A stretch of DNA of 64,000 bases from contig CAVXLD010000003.1 in the NCBI GenBank assembly GCA_963762565.1, forward strand, positions 160,001-224,000. Direction: 5' to 3'. Source of the DNA: an uncultured Verrucomicrobiae bacterium. GTDB taxonomy: Bacteria; Verrucomicrobiota; Verrucomicrobiia; Chthoniobacterales; JAFAMB01. The notes beneath the pieces were generated by a model. That model was not told the origin of the DNA and made no database searches. It saw nothing but the letters and a program-made list of their open reading frames with translations. Made by a program: the position numbers and the translations under genes. Shown here piece by piece: positions 1 through 8,555 of this stretch. Every line of letters starts with the position of its first letter. Within the stretch, counting starts at the first letter, position 1.

Positions 1-317
1 GTTGCCCGTCCAAATCGCTGCAAAGCCTGGAGCCGTTCCCGGGAGCCGCTTGCTGCGAACGGATAGACCTAGCGACCTACAAAGCGGCTCCCCTCCACGG
101 CGCTCGGTTTTTCATTGTCAAGGGGCTGGATTACGTTGGGGGCGTGCAACCGTTTTTTCGAGGACAGCTTGTCCGCCATAGCCGGCTCTCTGTATCGCTA
201 CCCGCGCTACGTCGGCCTCGCAAGCGAGGCGCGCTCCACAATAAGGAGTCGGCGAAGGCGGAAGGACGACGACGAGCACGAGGACGATTTCGGCCTTTTA
301 CGGGCCTTAAAACCTCC

Positions 318-350
318 TGACATAGGGTTGTCATGGCTGCGTGATAGCCT
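318..350 (+). promoter_or_regulatory. Putative WYL/YafY operator (TGACA-N6-TGTCA) and linked -10 (TAGCCT)
   Basis: TGACA tagggt TGTCA at 318-333; TGTCAT-N10-TAGCCT geometry; upstream of the operon containing the WYL regulator. Confidence 0.6.
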
Positions 351-419
351 GCTTCTGTTGTTGATTGGGCCAGTCGTGCCGATCAGCCCAATTCGAAAAA
401 CTGAACCAACAGGAGCTAC

Positions 420-815
420 ATGACTACTATCACCAGATCAGGGGTATTTGAAGGTCGGAAGGCGTATCTAAAGGAACCGCGGATCGGTTCGTCGCTTTGC
501 GTTACCGATTTCTTGTCCGTACGCGATCGGCGGATCGCTCAAATCGATGAGAGCCCGAGAGCGCGCGAAAATGAGTTGGCGATGCTCAGAGCCGCGAGTC
601 AGCGAAGGAACCGGGCAGAGGTACTTGGCCCGCTAGAGCGGTTTGCTTATTCGCTGATTTCCGCTGCCGCCCTAACCGTCGTCTTGGTTGGGATTGTAAG
701 CCTGGGAGATTCCTCTCGGAGGGGTGCTGGCTTTGCCCCTTCAGCTCAGGCGGCCAATGAAGTGCTCAGTGCGTATACCCGCCAATCTGCTGCAGACCAG
801 ACTCGTCCAAACTAA
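420..815 (+). CDS. Hypothetical protein with one hydrophobic (TM-like) segment
   Basis: AGGAG RBS before ATG; 131 aa; segment FAYSLISAAALTVVLVGIVSL; 22 bp upstream of the WYL gene. Confidence 0.6.
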   Translation: MTTITRSGVFEGRKAYLKEPRIGSSLCVTDFLSVRDRRIAQIDESPRARENELAMLRAASQRRNRAEVLGPLERFAYSLISAAALTVVLVGIVSLGDSSRRGAGFAPSAQAANEVLSAYTRQSAADQTRPN

Positions 816-837
816 AAAAGAAGTTAAGTTATGACGA

Positions 838-1782
838 GTGAATCGCATCGACAGACTGGTCGCTATCCTGATCCATCTCCAAGGGCGCAGGGTGACCCGC
901 GCCGAGGATATTGCCGATGAGTTTGCCACCAGTATTCGGACGGTTTATCGGGACATTGCCGCTTTGGCGGAAGCGGGTGTCCCGATCGTCGGTGAGGCCG
1001 GCGTCGGGTACAGCATCGTAAGAGGGTATCATCTTCCACCTGTGCATTTCACTACCGAAGAAGCGACCGCACTGATCACAGCCAATCTGCTGATGGATCG
1101 CTTCGCCGACAAGTCGTTGATGTCGCCGATGGGTTCTGCTTTGGCGAAGATCCGAGCCGTTTTGCCGCCGGATCATCAGGACCATATCACTCGGCTCGAG
1201 AGCCGGATGTCGCTGCCGACCAGTCCGCGGCCTACGCGGTCAGCCAGTCTCTTCGCCATCCAAAAGGCCTTGGCCGAACGCACCGTGTTGCGAATTTCTT
1301 ATTGTGGCGCCGGCAAGGCCGAATCTTTCCCACGCCAGATCGAACCCATGGGGCTGACCTACTATGGAGATCGCTGGCATTTGATTGCTTGGTGCCGCAT
1401 GCGCAAGGATTATAGGGATTTCCGGACAGACCGAATTCAGGAGCTAGCGGTTGTGCCTGAACGCTTCGAACCGCGCACGAACTTTTCGCTCGACGAATTC
1501 CTGCAGCGATCGGACCAGACAAGGACGACGGTAACAGCCGTAATCCGAGTCGACGCAGTGACTGCCGAGCGGGTTCGTAAGGAAGCGCCATTCAAGATTG
1601 TGCGAGAAGCGCGCGCGGAAAATGACGTCACCTTCGTGATCGAGGCTGGTAACTGGGATTGGTATATGGGCTGGTTTCTCTCGTTTGGATCTCGCGTTAC
1701 GATCATCGAACCGGATGCGTTCCGCGTGCGGTTGTTTGAGGTAGCACAGGCGACTGCGAACCATCACGGCGGGGCGGTGTGA
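838..1782 (+). CDS. YafY-family HTH_11/WYL-domain transcriptional regulator
   Basis: N-terminal MNRIDRL..RTVYRDI HTH, PPVHFTTEEA, WHLIAWC..R.DYRDFRTDRI WYL motif. Confidence 0.95.
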   Translation: MNRIDRLVAILIHLQGRRVTRAEDIADEFATSIRTVYRDIAALAEAGVPIVGEAGVGYSIVRGYHLPPVHFTTEEATALITANLLMDRFADKSLMSPMGSALAKIRAVLPPDHQDHITRLESRMSLPTSPRPTRSASLFAIQKALAERTVLRISYCGAGKAESFPRQIEPMGLTYYGDRWHLIAWCRMRKDYRDFRTDRIQELAVVPERFEPRTNFSLDEFLQRSDQTRTTVTAVIRVDAVTAERVRKEAPFKIVREARAENDVTFVIEAGNWDWYMGWFLSFGSRVTIIEPDAFRVRLFEVAQATANHHGGAV

Positions 1783-1783
1783 A

Positions 1784-1906
1784 GGGAGGGCGCGCGTCCT
1801 CGCGCGCTGGAAACGGGGTGCAACATATTAGGCGTCGATTAACCCTGGGTTCGGAAGACGCTCGGCTTCGCGAACCACTGATCGCGAGGGCGCGATCCCT
1901 CCCTAC
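1784..1906. repeat. REPIN-like element, family B (GGGAGG-GCGCGCG-TCCT-CGCGCGC ... GATCGCG-AGGR-CGCGATC-CCTCCC)
   Basis: Two hairpin REPs in inverted orientation; related copies at 3823-4289, 6762-6939, 10595-10706, 22305-22433, 38136-38316, 44381-44479, 49758-49880, 61826-62010, 63165-63406. Confidence 0.85.
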
Positions 1907-2802
1907 GCGCGCCGGGCGAGGAAATAGACACCCAGGTTCACCGCGACAAAGACGAATGCATATCCGGCGGCGAGCCAGCAGAGAACTCGCTTTACTGCGG
2001 CATCAGCTGACTCGTTAACCAGCCTGGCGGGAACGCTGACAATTTGGGCTCCGACAATATCGTTAAGCTTCCAACCAAAACCGTTATCTTTTCCGTAGAT
2101 CTTGGTCATTTCGTGCGGGGCATCCTCGGCGTTACCGTGGCAAGCGAGACAGCTCTGACTATCGACGCGGATCGGCGCGCTATAATAGAGTGATGGACCC
2201 TCAGGAGTGTCCCGATAACCAACGACCTCAGTTTTAGAAGGTGTCTTGTTAAAGATATTCACTATGTCAGCCTCCCAGGCCACAGTCCTATCGCGCGGGT
2301 TGGTTGGGTTAAGCGTTGCTTCTTTATAGGAATAATCAGGATATCGTTTTCGGAAGTAATTGAAGGCTTCGGTTGCGGCGTAAAATGGAATCGATTGGGC
2401 AGCAAACTCTGGCTCCTGGACACTGCGAGGTTGTTGTTTAACGTTTTGCACGATTTGCTCTGAAAGGACCTGGAGAGTCTGTCTCTCCTTTGCGTTGGAA
2501 AGCCCGGAAATCGCTTGTTGTAAGGCCTGTGGGAACTGCGTGTTGAGGACCTCATTCAGGGTTTTTACCCCCTCAGCAACTCTGGCTTCCTCGTGGGTCA
2601 ACAGAGGTTCGATTTGCTCGGTCGTATACACGCGTGAAGCCTTGGCGGTTTCCATCATGAGCTGAGCATTTTCAAGCACCTGCTGTTCGGCGAGTTGACG
2701 GAACTCTCTCTGGACGAAATAGGCGGTTGCACCAAGACAAAGGACCAAAACCGGAATGAAACCCGCGTTAAATATTAGTACCCGTGGCAAGCTCGTGGTC
2801 AC
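1903..2802 (-). CDS. DUF3365/Tll0287-like membrane-anchored c-type heme sensor-domain protein
   Basis: Two TM segments, YKEATLNPTNPRDR motif, CLACH heme motif, GFGWKLNDIVGAQIVSVP. Confidence 0.85.
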   Translation of the reverse strand: MTTSLPRVLIFNAGFIPVLVLCLGATAYFVQREFRQLAEQQVLENAQLMMETAKASRVYTTEQIEPLLTHEEARVAEGVKTLNEVLNTQFPQALQQAISGLSNAKERQTLQVLSEQIVQNVKQQPRSVQEPEFAAQSIPFYAATEAFNYFRKRYPDYSYKEATLNPTNPRDRTVAWEADIVNIFNKTPSKTEVVGYRDTPEGPSLYYSAPIRVDSQSCLACHGNAEDAPHEMTKIYGKDNGFGWKLNDIVGAQIVSVPARLVNESADAAVKRVLCWLAAGYAFVFVAVNLGVYFLARRA

Positions 2803-2924
2803 ATCTGTTAGGTCCCTTCACGAAGCAAAAAGATCAAGATTGATCTTTTAACATTACCGCCATCGCAAATGTCGATGGGATTTTCGGGCGATCCAGAATA
2901 GGGTAACTCTGCAAGGATATAGCA

Positions 2925-3764
2925 ATGGACCAAATATCAGCTCAGAACACAGGGAAGGGGTTCTCGTTTCGCTTGGCCGCAGTTGACTTGGACGGGACTT
3001 TGCTTGGACCGGACAAACAGGTTGGGCCTGAGAACGCGGCAGCGGTTCGACGGCTACGGGACCGCGGGGTAGTCGTGATCATCGCATCTGGTCGCCGCCA
3101 TCAGAACAGTGTTCGTTTCCAGCGGGAATTGGGACTGACCGGCCCGATTATTGCATGCCAGGGCGGCCTGATTCGAGACGGGGAAAGCGGGAATGTGGTT
3201 GAAGCTCATTTCCTGCCTCAGAGCGTGACCCGTCAGATTCTCAGCGATGCGGAGAAGAACGACATTCAGACGATCTATTATCACCTGGACCACTTATACG
3301 TTGCCGAGCGTCATAATCGTTGGATTGATCTCTACGAGTCGCGGGTCGGTGAGCGAGCCGAGATTTTGCCGGCTCTGGAGCAACTGGACGGTCGTAGGGC
3401 GCTAAAGCTTGTTTGGTATGGAGACCCGCTCCTCCTAGTCAAGATTAGGCCCGAAATGTCGGCCCATTATTCGGACAAAGTGGACGTCCTTGCAACCGAG
3501 AAGGAGAACCTGGAGTTCATGCCTCGGGGAATCAGTAAGGCGACAGCCCTGGCCAAAGTGGCGGCCGAGTATGGGGTCCGCCAGGAAGAAGTTTTGGCGT
3601 TCGGTGACGGAGAAAATGATGTCGCAATGCTGACTTGGGCAGGGCTAGGTGTTGCTATGGGGCACGGTAACCAAGCCGCCATTAAAGCCGCGAAACGGGT
3701 GAGTCCACCCGGTCCACCGGCGAGCGCGTTCGCGCGCGCGGTGGATGCGTTGTTCGACTGTTAA
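2925..3764 (+). CDS. Cof-type HAD-IIB hydrolase
   Basis: DLDGTLL, ASGR, SKATAL, AFGDGENDVAML motifs. Confidence 0.93.
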   Translation: MDQISAQNTGKGFSFRLAAVDLDGTLLGPDKQVGPENAAAVRRLRDRGVVVIIASGRRHQNSVRFQRELGLTGPIIACQGGLIRDGESGNVVEAHFLPQSVTRQILSDAEKNDIQTIYYHLDHLYVAERHNRWIDLYESRVGERAEILPALEQLDGRRALKLVWYGDPLLLVKIRPEMSAHYSDKVDVLATEKENLEFMPRGISKATALAKVAAEYGVRQEEVLAFGDGENDVAMLTWAGLGVAMGHGNQAAIKAAKRVSPPGPPASAFARAVDALFDC

Positions 3765-3806
3765 TAAACAGAGCGTGTTGCTTCACCCAGTCGGAGGGGA
3801 GCCGCA

Positions 3807-4289
3807 TGGCTTTGCGAACGACGGATCGCGAGGACGCGATCCCTCCCTTGCGCGGCATCGCCCAAGACCGGGAGGGCGCGCGTCCTCGCGCGCTGGGAAG
3901 GCGGTGCAACATAAGAGGCGTCGATTAACCCTGGGTTTGGAACACGCTGGGCTTTGCGAACGGCGGATCGCGAGGACGCGGTCCCTCCGTTGCGCGGCGG
4001 CGCCGAAACCCGGGAGGGCGCGCGTCCTCGCGCGCTGGGAAGGCGGTGCAACAAATGAGGCCTCGATTAACCCTGGGTTTGGAACACGCTGGGCTTTGCG
4101 AACGGCGGATCGCGAGGACGCGATCCCTCCCTTGCGTGGCATCGCCCAAGACCGGGAGGGCGCGCGTCCTCGCGCGCTGGGAAGGCGGTGCAACATAAGA
4201 GGCGTCGATTAACCCTGGGTTTGGAACACGCTGGGGTTTGCGAACGGCGGATCGCGAGGACGCGATCCCTCCCTTGCGCGGCATCGCCC
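3807..4289. repeat. Tandem array of family-B REP pairs, 142-bp period (~3.4 units), BIME-like
   Basis: GGATCGCGAGGACGCG recurs at 3823, 3965, 4107, 4249; units nearly identical. Confidence 0.95.
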
Positions 4290-4316
4290 TCAATGGCCTT
4301 TTTCTTGACGAGTTGA

Positions 4317-4332
4317 TTCTACTATAATAGAA
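4317..4332. promoter_or_regulatory. Palindromic operator overlapping TATAAT, upstream of the XRE regulator
   Basis: TTCTA-CTATAA-TAGAA. Confidence 0.55.
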
Positions 4333-4337
4333 ATAAA

Positions 4338-4931
4338 TTGCATATCGGAAACAAGACAGTGAAAGCTAATCAGCCCGGAATTGAGCAGAGGATCGCCGCC
4401 CAGTTGAAGCAGCGTCGCCTGGCTAACGGGCTCTCTCTGGCGGATTTAGCGGAACGATCCGGTGTTAGCCGGGCCATGATCTCGAAAGTAGAACGCTCTG
4501 CTGCCAGCCCGACGGCTGCTCTGCTGGGGCGCCTTTGTAATGGGCTCGGTCTGACGCTCTCCTCTTTAATCGCCAATGCCGAAGAATCGGCTTCGCCGCT
4601 GGTTAGAGCCAAAGACCAAACCCGCTGGCAAGATCCTGCCACCGGGCTGATCAGAACGATGATTTCGCCTGATCTGGCGAATTCGCCGGTTGAGATCGTT
4701 CGTATCGATCTCCCTCCAGGCGCCAGCGTGAGTTACGATCCTCAACGTTATTTACGTTATGACCAGCACGTTGTGCCTATCAAAGGCCACCTCCATCTGG
4801 GCGTTGGGGACAAAGAATATCAGCTAGGAACCTGGGACTGTCTGTTAATGCCGACGAATTTAACCCTCCACTTCCATAATAGAGGACCGGTTAGCTGCCG
4901 CTATCTGGTCATTGTGAAAAAAGCGACATGA
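4338..4931 (+). CDS. XRE-family HTH regulator with C-terminal cupin domain (start may be GTG 4359)
   Basis: LSLADLAERSGVSRAMISKVER..SPT; cupin ending HFHNRG..CRYLVI. Confidence 0.92.
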   Translation: MHIGNKTVKANQPGIEQRIAAQLKQRRLANGLSLADLAERSGVSRAMISKVERSAASPTAALLGRLCNGLGLTLSSLIANAEESASPLVRAKDQTRWQDPATGLIRTMISPDLANSPVEIVRIDLPPGASVSYDPQRYLRYDQHVVPIKGHLHLGVGDKEYQLGTWDCLLMPTNLTLHFHNRGPVSCRYLVIVKKAT

Positions 4932-5428
4932 AAATAGAAATCCGGCCCGCGGAGACCAATGATTTGGATGCGATGCTCGCCATCTACAACGACGCGATTA
5001 TCAACACAACGGCTGTGTATGATTATCAGCCGCGAACAAGCGATGCGCAGCGGCAATGGTTCGAAACTAAGCGGGCACAAAGCTTACCGATTTTTGTCGC
5101 CCATGATGGCGCCAGGATAATCGGGTTCGGTTCTTTTGGACCGTTTCGTCCCTGGCCGGCCTATCAGTACACAGTTGAAAACTCGCTTTACGTCGATTCT
5201 GGTTACCGGCGAAAGGGCGCCGGGACGGCGTTGCTAGGATCGCTCCTAAGCGCGGCTCAGGCGGCGGGCTACCACGCCATGGTGGCTGGAATCGATGCTA
5301 CCAATGAAGCGAGTCTCGCTCTCCACCGAAAGGCCGGTTTCGATCCAATCGCTCACTTTCGTGAGATCGGTTGGAAGTTCGAACGCTGGCTGGATTTGGT
5401 GTTTATGGAGAAGATTTTGAGCCCGTAA
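4928..5428 (+). CDS. GNAT N-acetyltransferase, YncA/MnaT (methionine sulfoximine/phosphinothricin) type
   Basis: IYNDAI..TTA, YQYTVENSLYV, NEASLALH..GF, GWKFERWLD; ATGA overlap with the XRE gene. Confidence 0.92.
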   Translation: MKIEIRPAETNDLDAMLAIYNDAIINTTAVYDYQPRTSDAQRQWFETKRAQSLPIFVAHDGARIIGFGSFGPFRPWPAYQYTVENSLYVDSGYRRKGAGTALLGSLLSAAQAAGYHAMVAGIDATNEASLALHRKAGFDPIAHFREIGWKFERWLDLVFMEKILSP

Positions 5429-5692
5429 CCGCGACCACCCAATCGTTTACATGCGAGATGAATTTGAGGATGCGATGGGCGGTGGTTAGCGCTGGGTTAC
5501 TCCCGGGAGGCGCCTGCTAGATACTCAAAGAGCTGCCAGCCGGTAAAGCGCCTCCCCTCCACTGTCGCCGGGTTTCTGCCGCATTTGCTATCTGCTATTT
5601 GCTATTTGTCATTGCCCGCGTTGCGGGTCGCCTCGCCCCACCAAAGAGGCGGCGATCCGCCCTACAAATCACTTGTCACCAATCACCTCTCA

Positions 5693-6676
5693 CTAAACTT
5701 GTTTCCACGGTTCCGGGACCCATTCAAAGCCTTGATCTTTCTTGCGGATATGGCCGATGCCGGGGAAGGGGAGGTGATAACCAATTACCCTGGTGCGCGC
5801 CGCAGCTAGCTTTTCGAAGACGCTTTTGCGGGTTGCAGCTGCCTGCTCAGGATCGGAGTCAACCCCAATGGTCCAGTCCGGATTATGAAACATAATGACG
5901 TAGTTATGGGCGAGGTCGACGATATGAACCAGCTCGTCGTCACCGGATTGGATATGGAGGATGGTATGACCGGCGGTATGGCCAGGCGCCAATTCTGTCG
6001 TGACACCTTCTACTATTTCGTTTCCGGCCTGAAACTTGTGGAATCGGGATTCGAGTGTTAACAAGGTATCTTGAGCACGCTGAGCATACAGTTTTCTATC
6101 TTCCTCTTTCATTAAAGTCTTGGAGAGGTCCGGCTCTTTCTGGATCCAGAAGTCCCACTCCGTTTCGTTGATGAAATGTTGGGCCGATGGAAAGACCGGT
6201 TTGTTGTCGGTGCCGAGCAATCCCCCGTGATGATCCGGGTGAACATGCGATAATAGAACCGCTGTGATTTGATTGGGACGATAACCGGCAACGGCGAGCT
6301 GGGCTAACAAGTGACCAGCAGTGGTGGGCAACAACTTTCCGAACCCGGTGTCGCAGAGCAGTACATCTTTTCCGTTATCGATCAGAACCACATTGTAGTA
6401 GTTCAGAACATGGTCGGTCGGCAGAAAATCGGCTTCCAGAGCGGAATTGAGTTCATCAGGGGTCGCCTCCGACGCCCAGAAAGGCTGGACTGGTTGAAAA
6501 ATCTTATAGCCGTCGTTGAAAACCGTGAGCTGGAAGTCGCCGACATTGAATCGGTAATAACCTGGGTTGGACCGGTTCGGTATCATCGCCGCTTCTGCCC
6601 GGGACTGTAGGCCGATGGCGGCTGCGCCGAGGCCGAGCAAGCCGATCGCGTGTCTTCGCGAGAGATTGGGATTCAT
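5693..6676 (-). CDS. Tat-exported MBL-fold metallo-hydrolase (organophosphate hydrolase/lactonase-like)
   Basis: SRRHAI Tat motif; HVHPDH; PGHTAGH; GYHLPFPGIG. Confidence 0.9.
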   Translation of the reverse strand: MNPNLSRRHAIGLLGLGAAAIGLQSRAEAAMIPNRSNPGYYRFNVGDFQLTVFNDGYKIFQPVQPFWASEATPDELNSALEADFLPTDHVLNYYNVVLIDNGKDVLLCDTGFGKLLPTTAGHLLAQLAVAGYRPNQITAVLLSHVHPDHHGGLLGTDNKPVFPSAQHFINETEWDFWIQKEPDLSKTLMKEEDRKLYAQRAQDTLLTLESRFHKFQAGNEIVEGVTTELAPGHTAGHTILHIQSGDDELVHIVDLAHNYVIMFHNPDWTIGVDSDPEQAAATRKSVFEKLAAARTRVIGYHLPFPGIGHIRKKDQGFEWVPEPWKQV

Positions 6677-6987
6677 AGCGTATTAGGGGCTAAAACGAAT
6701 TTGGGTGACGCGTTGTGGGAGTCAACGGGAAAACGGGGGGCGCGGAGTGATGGAGTGGTGCGGGAGGGCGCGCGTCCCCGCGCGCCGCGAACAGGTCTGC
6801 ATGGTGGATACACGCAAACGCTCGCACTGGTCTGTCCTGGGCTCTCCGAACCGCGGATCGCGAGGATCCGACTTCGCCAAAGCTAGGAGAAAAGAAGCCC
6901 CAAACCGAAGGCTATGTCGGACAGGCTGCGATCCCTCCCGTCGATGGGCCCGTGTTCATCGGGCGACGAGAACGAAGGTGGTCTCTT

Positions 6988-7563
6988 TCAGGCCTCCCCA
7001 ATTCGCTCCCAAATCCCTTCGTAACGAACGGTGAGCCCAGTCTCATCGACATCGATTAGGGCGGTAAAACCACTGGCGAGGCTCCGGTAGCGATAGGTCC
7101 GGTCGGACAAACGTTCATAAGACTGGCGGGCGTAGACTATCTCTAGCGACGGGAACCGAATCCACGCGGCGGCGATTTCTTCCGATTGGCCGACAGCGAG
7201 GTTAAGGCGCTTGATGGGTAAACTATTCGTGATCGGTGACAGCTCAAGGTCAACGTCGAGGCAGCCGGTCAAGGTGTCGATAGCACCCGAGCCATGGACA
7301 CTCCAATTGCTATCGCTGTCCACGGAGAGCGACAAAGCCGACCGTTCTAGACCAAGACGTTGTTCGATTGAGACGGTTCGGGTCCGCCAATCGGCGTCGC
7401 ATTCGATCCGGTAATGAACCTCTAACGGAGCGTTCTCATGGATGGCGACAATTGTGCCGGTCAACTCGACGCCCAAAGTCAATCCCCGGGCGACAGCATA
7501 CTCGAGGCTGTTATTGTCCATGATCCGCCGCCAGCAAAGCGCGCGATCAGTTAATGCCGTCAT
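6988..7563 (-). CDS. Putative glycolipid-binding domain protein (DUF1089-like)
   Basis: YRIECDADWRTR, GCLDVDL..SPITNSLPIKRL, Q.YERL, VDETGL..YEG.W. Confidence 0.85.
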   Translation of the reverse strand: MTALTDRALCWRRIMDNNSLEYAVARGLTLGVELTGTIVAIHENAPLEVHYRIECDADWRTRTVSIEQRLGLERSALSLSVDSDSNWSVHGSGAIDTLTGCLDVDLELSPITNSLPIKRLNLAVGQSEEIAAAWIRFPSLEIVYARQSYERLSDRTYRYRSLASGFTALIDVDETGLTVRYEGIWERIGEA

Positions 7564-7743
7564 GGCTAGTTATTATCGTCGTTGTCGGTTTTCTTGCGAA
7601 AAGCAGTCCTTCAGGATAAACCGCGACGATTTATACAAGGTACAAGGAAAAGAACAAGCCTAAAACCGATTGCAAAAAATCCTTGAAAATCCCAGATCTG
7701 CCTCGCTATTGAATCCAAACAAGCAACCGGAGAACTCCATATT

Positions 7744-8535
7744 ATGACAGCGTTTCCCAGAGAGCTTTGGGCCATGTTCGTGGATTGCCCTGCGGATGAG
7801 CTGGCGCCTTGCTATTTCTACGAATATTCGCGTGAGAGCAAAAGCCTGCGCGAGATGTGCGCTAACGACCGCCCAGGTATTCCTGCGGGCGTTAGCAACG
7901 GGTTCGACTACTATCTATCAACGCCGTGGTCAACCGCTCACGAAGAGTTGATGACTGACCCGGCAAGAACCTTCATGCTTTGGCCAGAATGGCCCGATAA
8001 ACCGTATCTGCAAATTCCAGCAGAAGAACGAAGGAGACGGTTACGCTGGTCAGCTAAGGACGACCCTAAGATCGCTCACTTGAAAAAGCTGTCTTTCTTC
8101 GCGATGACGCAACTTAGTCCGGAAGGTCTACGTCCGGTGAGCCGAGCCGGAGCGACCGGTCCGTCGGGGGAAGGTTGGTCAGAAGCGCTGGCGGTTTCGC
8201 GGGAAAAATTGGGGTGGCCCGTGCATCAGGTCAACGCATCGATGTGGGAAACCGTGTTCCGGATCGATTGGAAAGCCTTTTCCGACGCTCAACTTGTCGA
8301 TATGTTCAAAGCGTGGCTGGACAAATATCGCCCCACGCCGTCCAACGTTCTAACCGAGAACCCATCGGTTACGAACCGTTTTGAAACTCACTTAAAACAG
8401 CTCGGGGCGCTCCGAATCTCGAGAAAGTTTAAAGAAGAGGAGATTCCACCGGAGCTTGTTGTTTATCAAGACAAGAGCGAAGGGGCCAGAGCAAAGCTGG
8501 TGGCTCAGGGCGTGATTGAGTGGTTCTCGGTTTAG
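7744..8535 (+). CDS. Hypothetical protein, possibly related to mobile-element transcription activators
   Basis: 263-aa ORF with AT-rich upstream region; C.FYEYSRES, IDW..SD.QL...F..WL, LKQLGALRI. Confidence 0.7.
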   Translation: MTAFPRELWAMFVDCPADELAPCYFYEYSRESKSLREMCANDRPGIPAGVSNGFDYYLSTPWSTAHEELMTDPARTFMLWPEWPDKPYLQIPAEERRRRLRWSAKDDPKIAHLKKLSFFAMTQLSPEGLRPVSRAGATGPSGEGWSEALAVSREKLGWPVHQVNASMWETVFRIDWKAFSDAQLVDMFKAWLDKYRPTPSNVLTENPSVTNRFETHLKQLGALRISRKFKEEEIPPELVVYQDKSEGARAKLVAQGVIEWFSV

Positions 8536-8555
8536 CCTGCCTGCCTCGCGAATTG

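Noticed and set aside
3807..4289. CRISPR array
   Set aside because: Sequences between palindromes are near-identical rather than unique spacers, the period is 142 bp, and no cas genes are present.
3682..4293. Several overlapping ORFs of 76-155 aa
   Set aside because: Translations of GC-rich REP arrays; the same applies to ORFs at 115-423, 6705-7034, 31266-31725, 38162-38494, 42160-42495, 49653-50046, 59164-59385 and 61470-62149.
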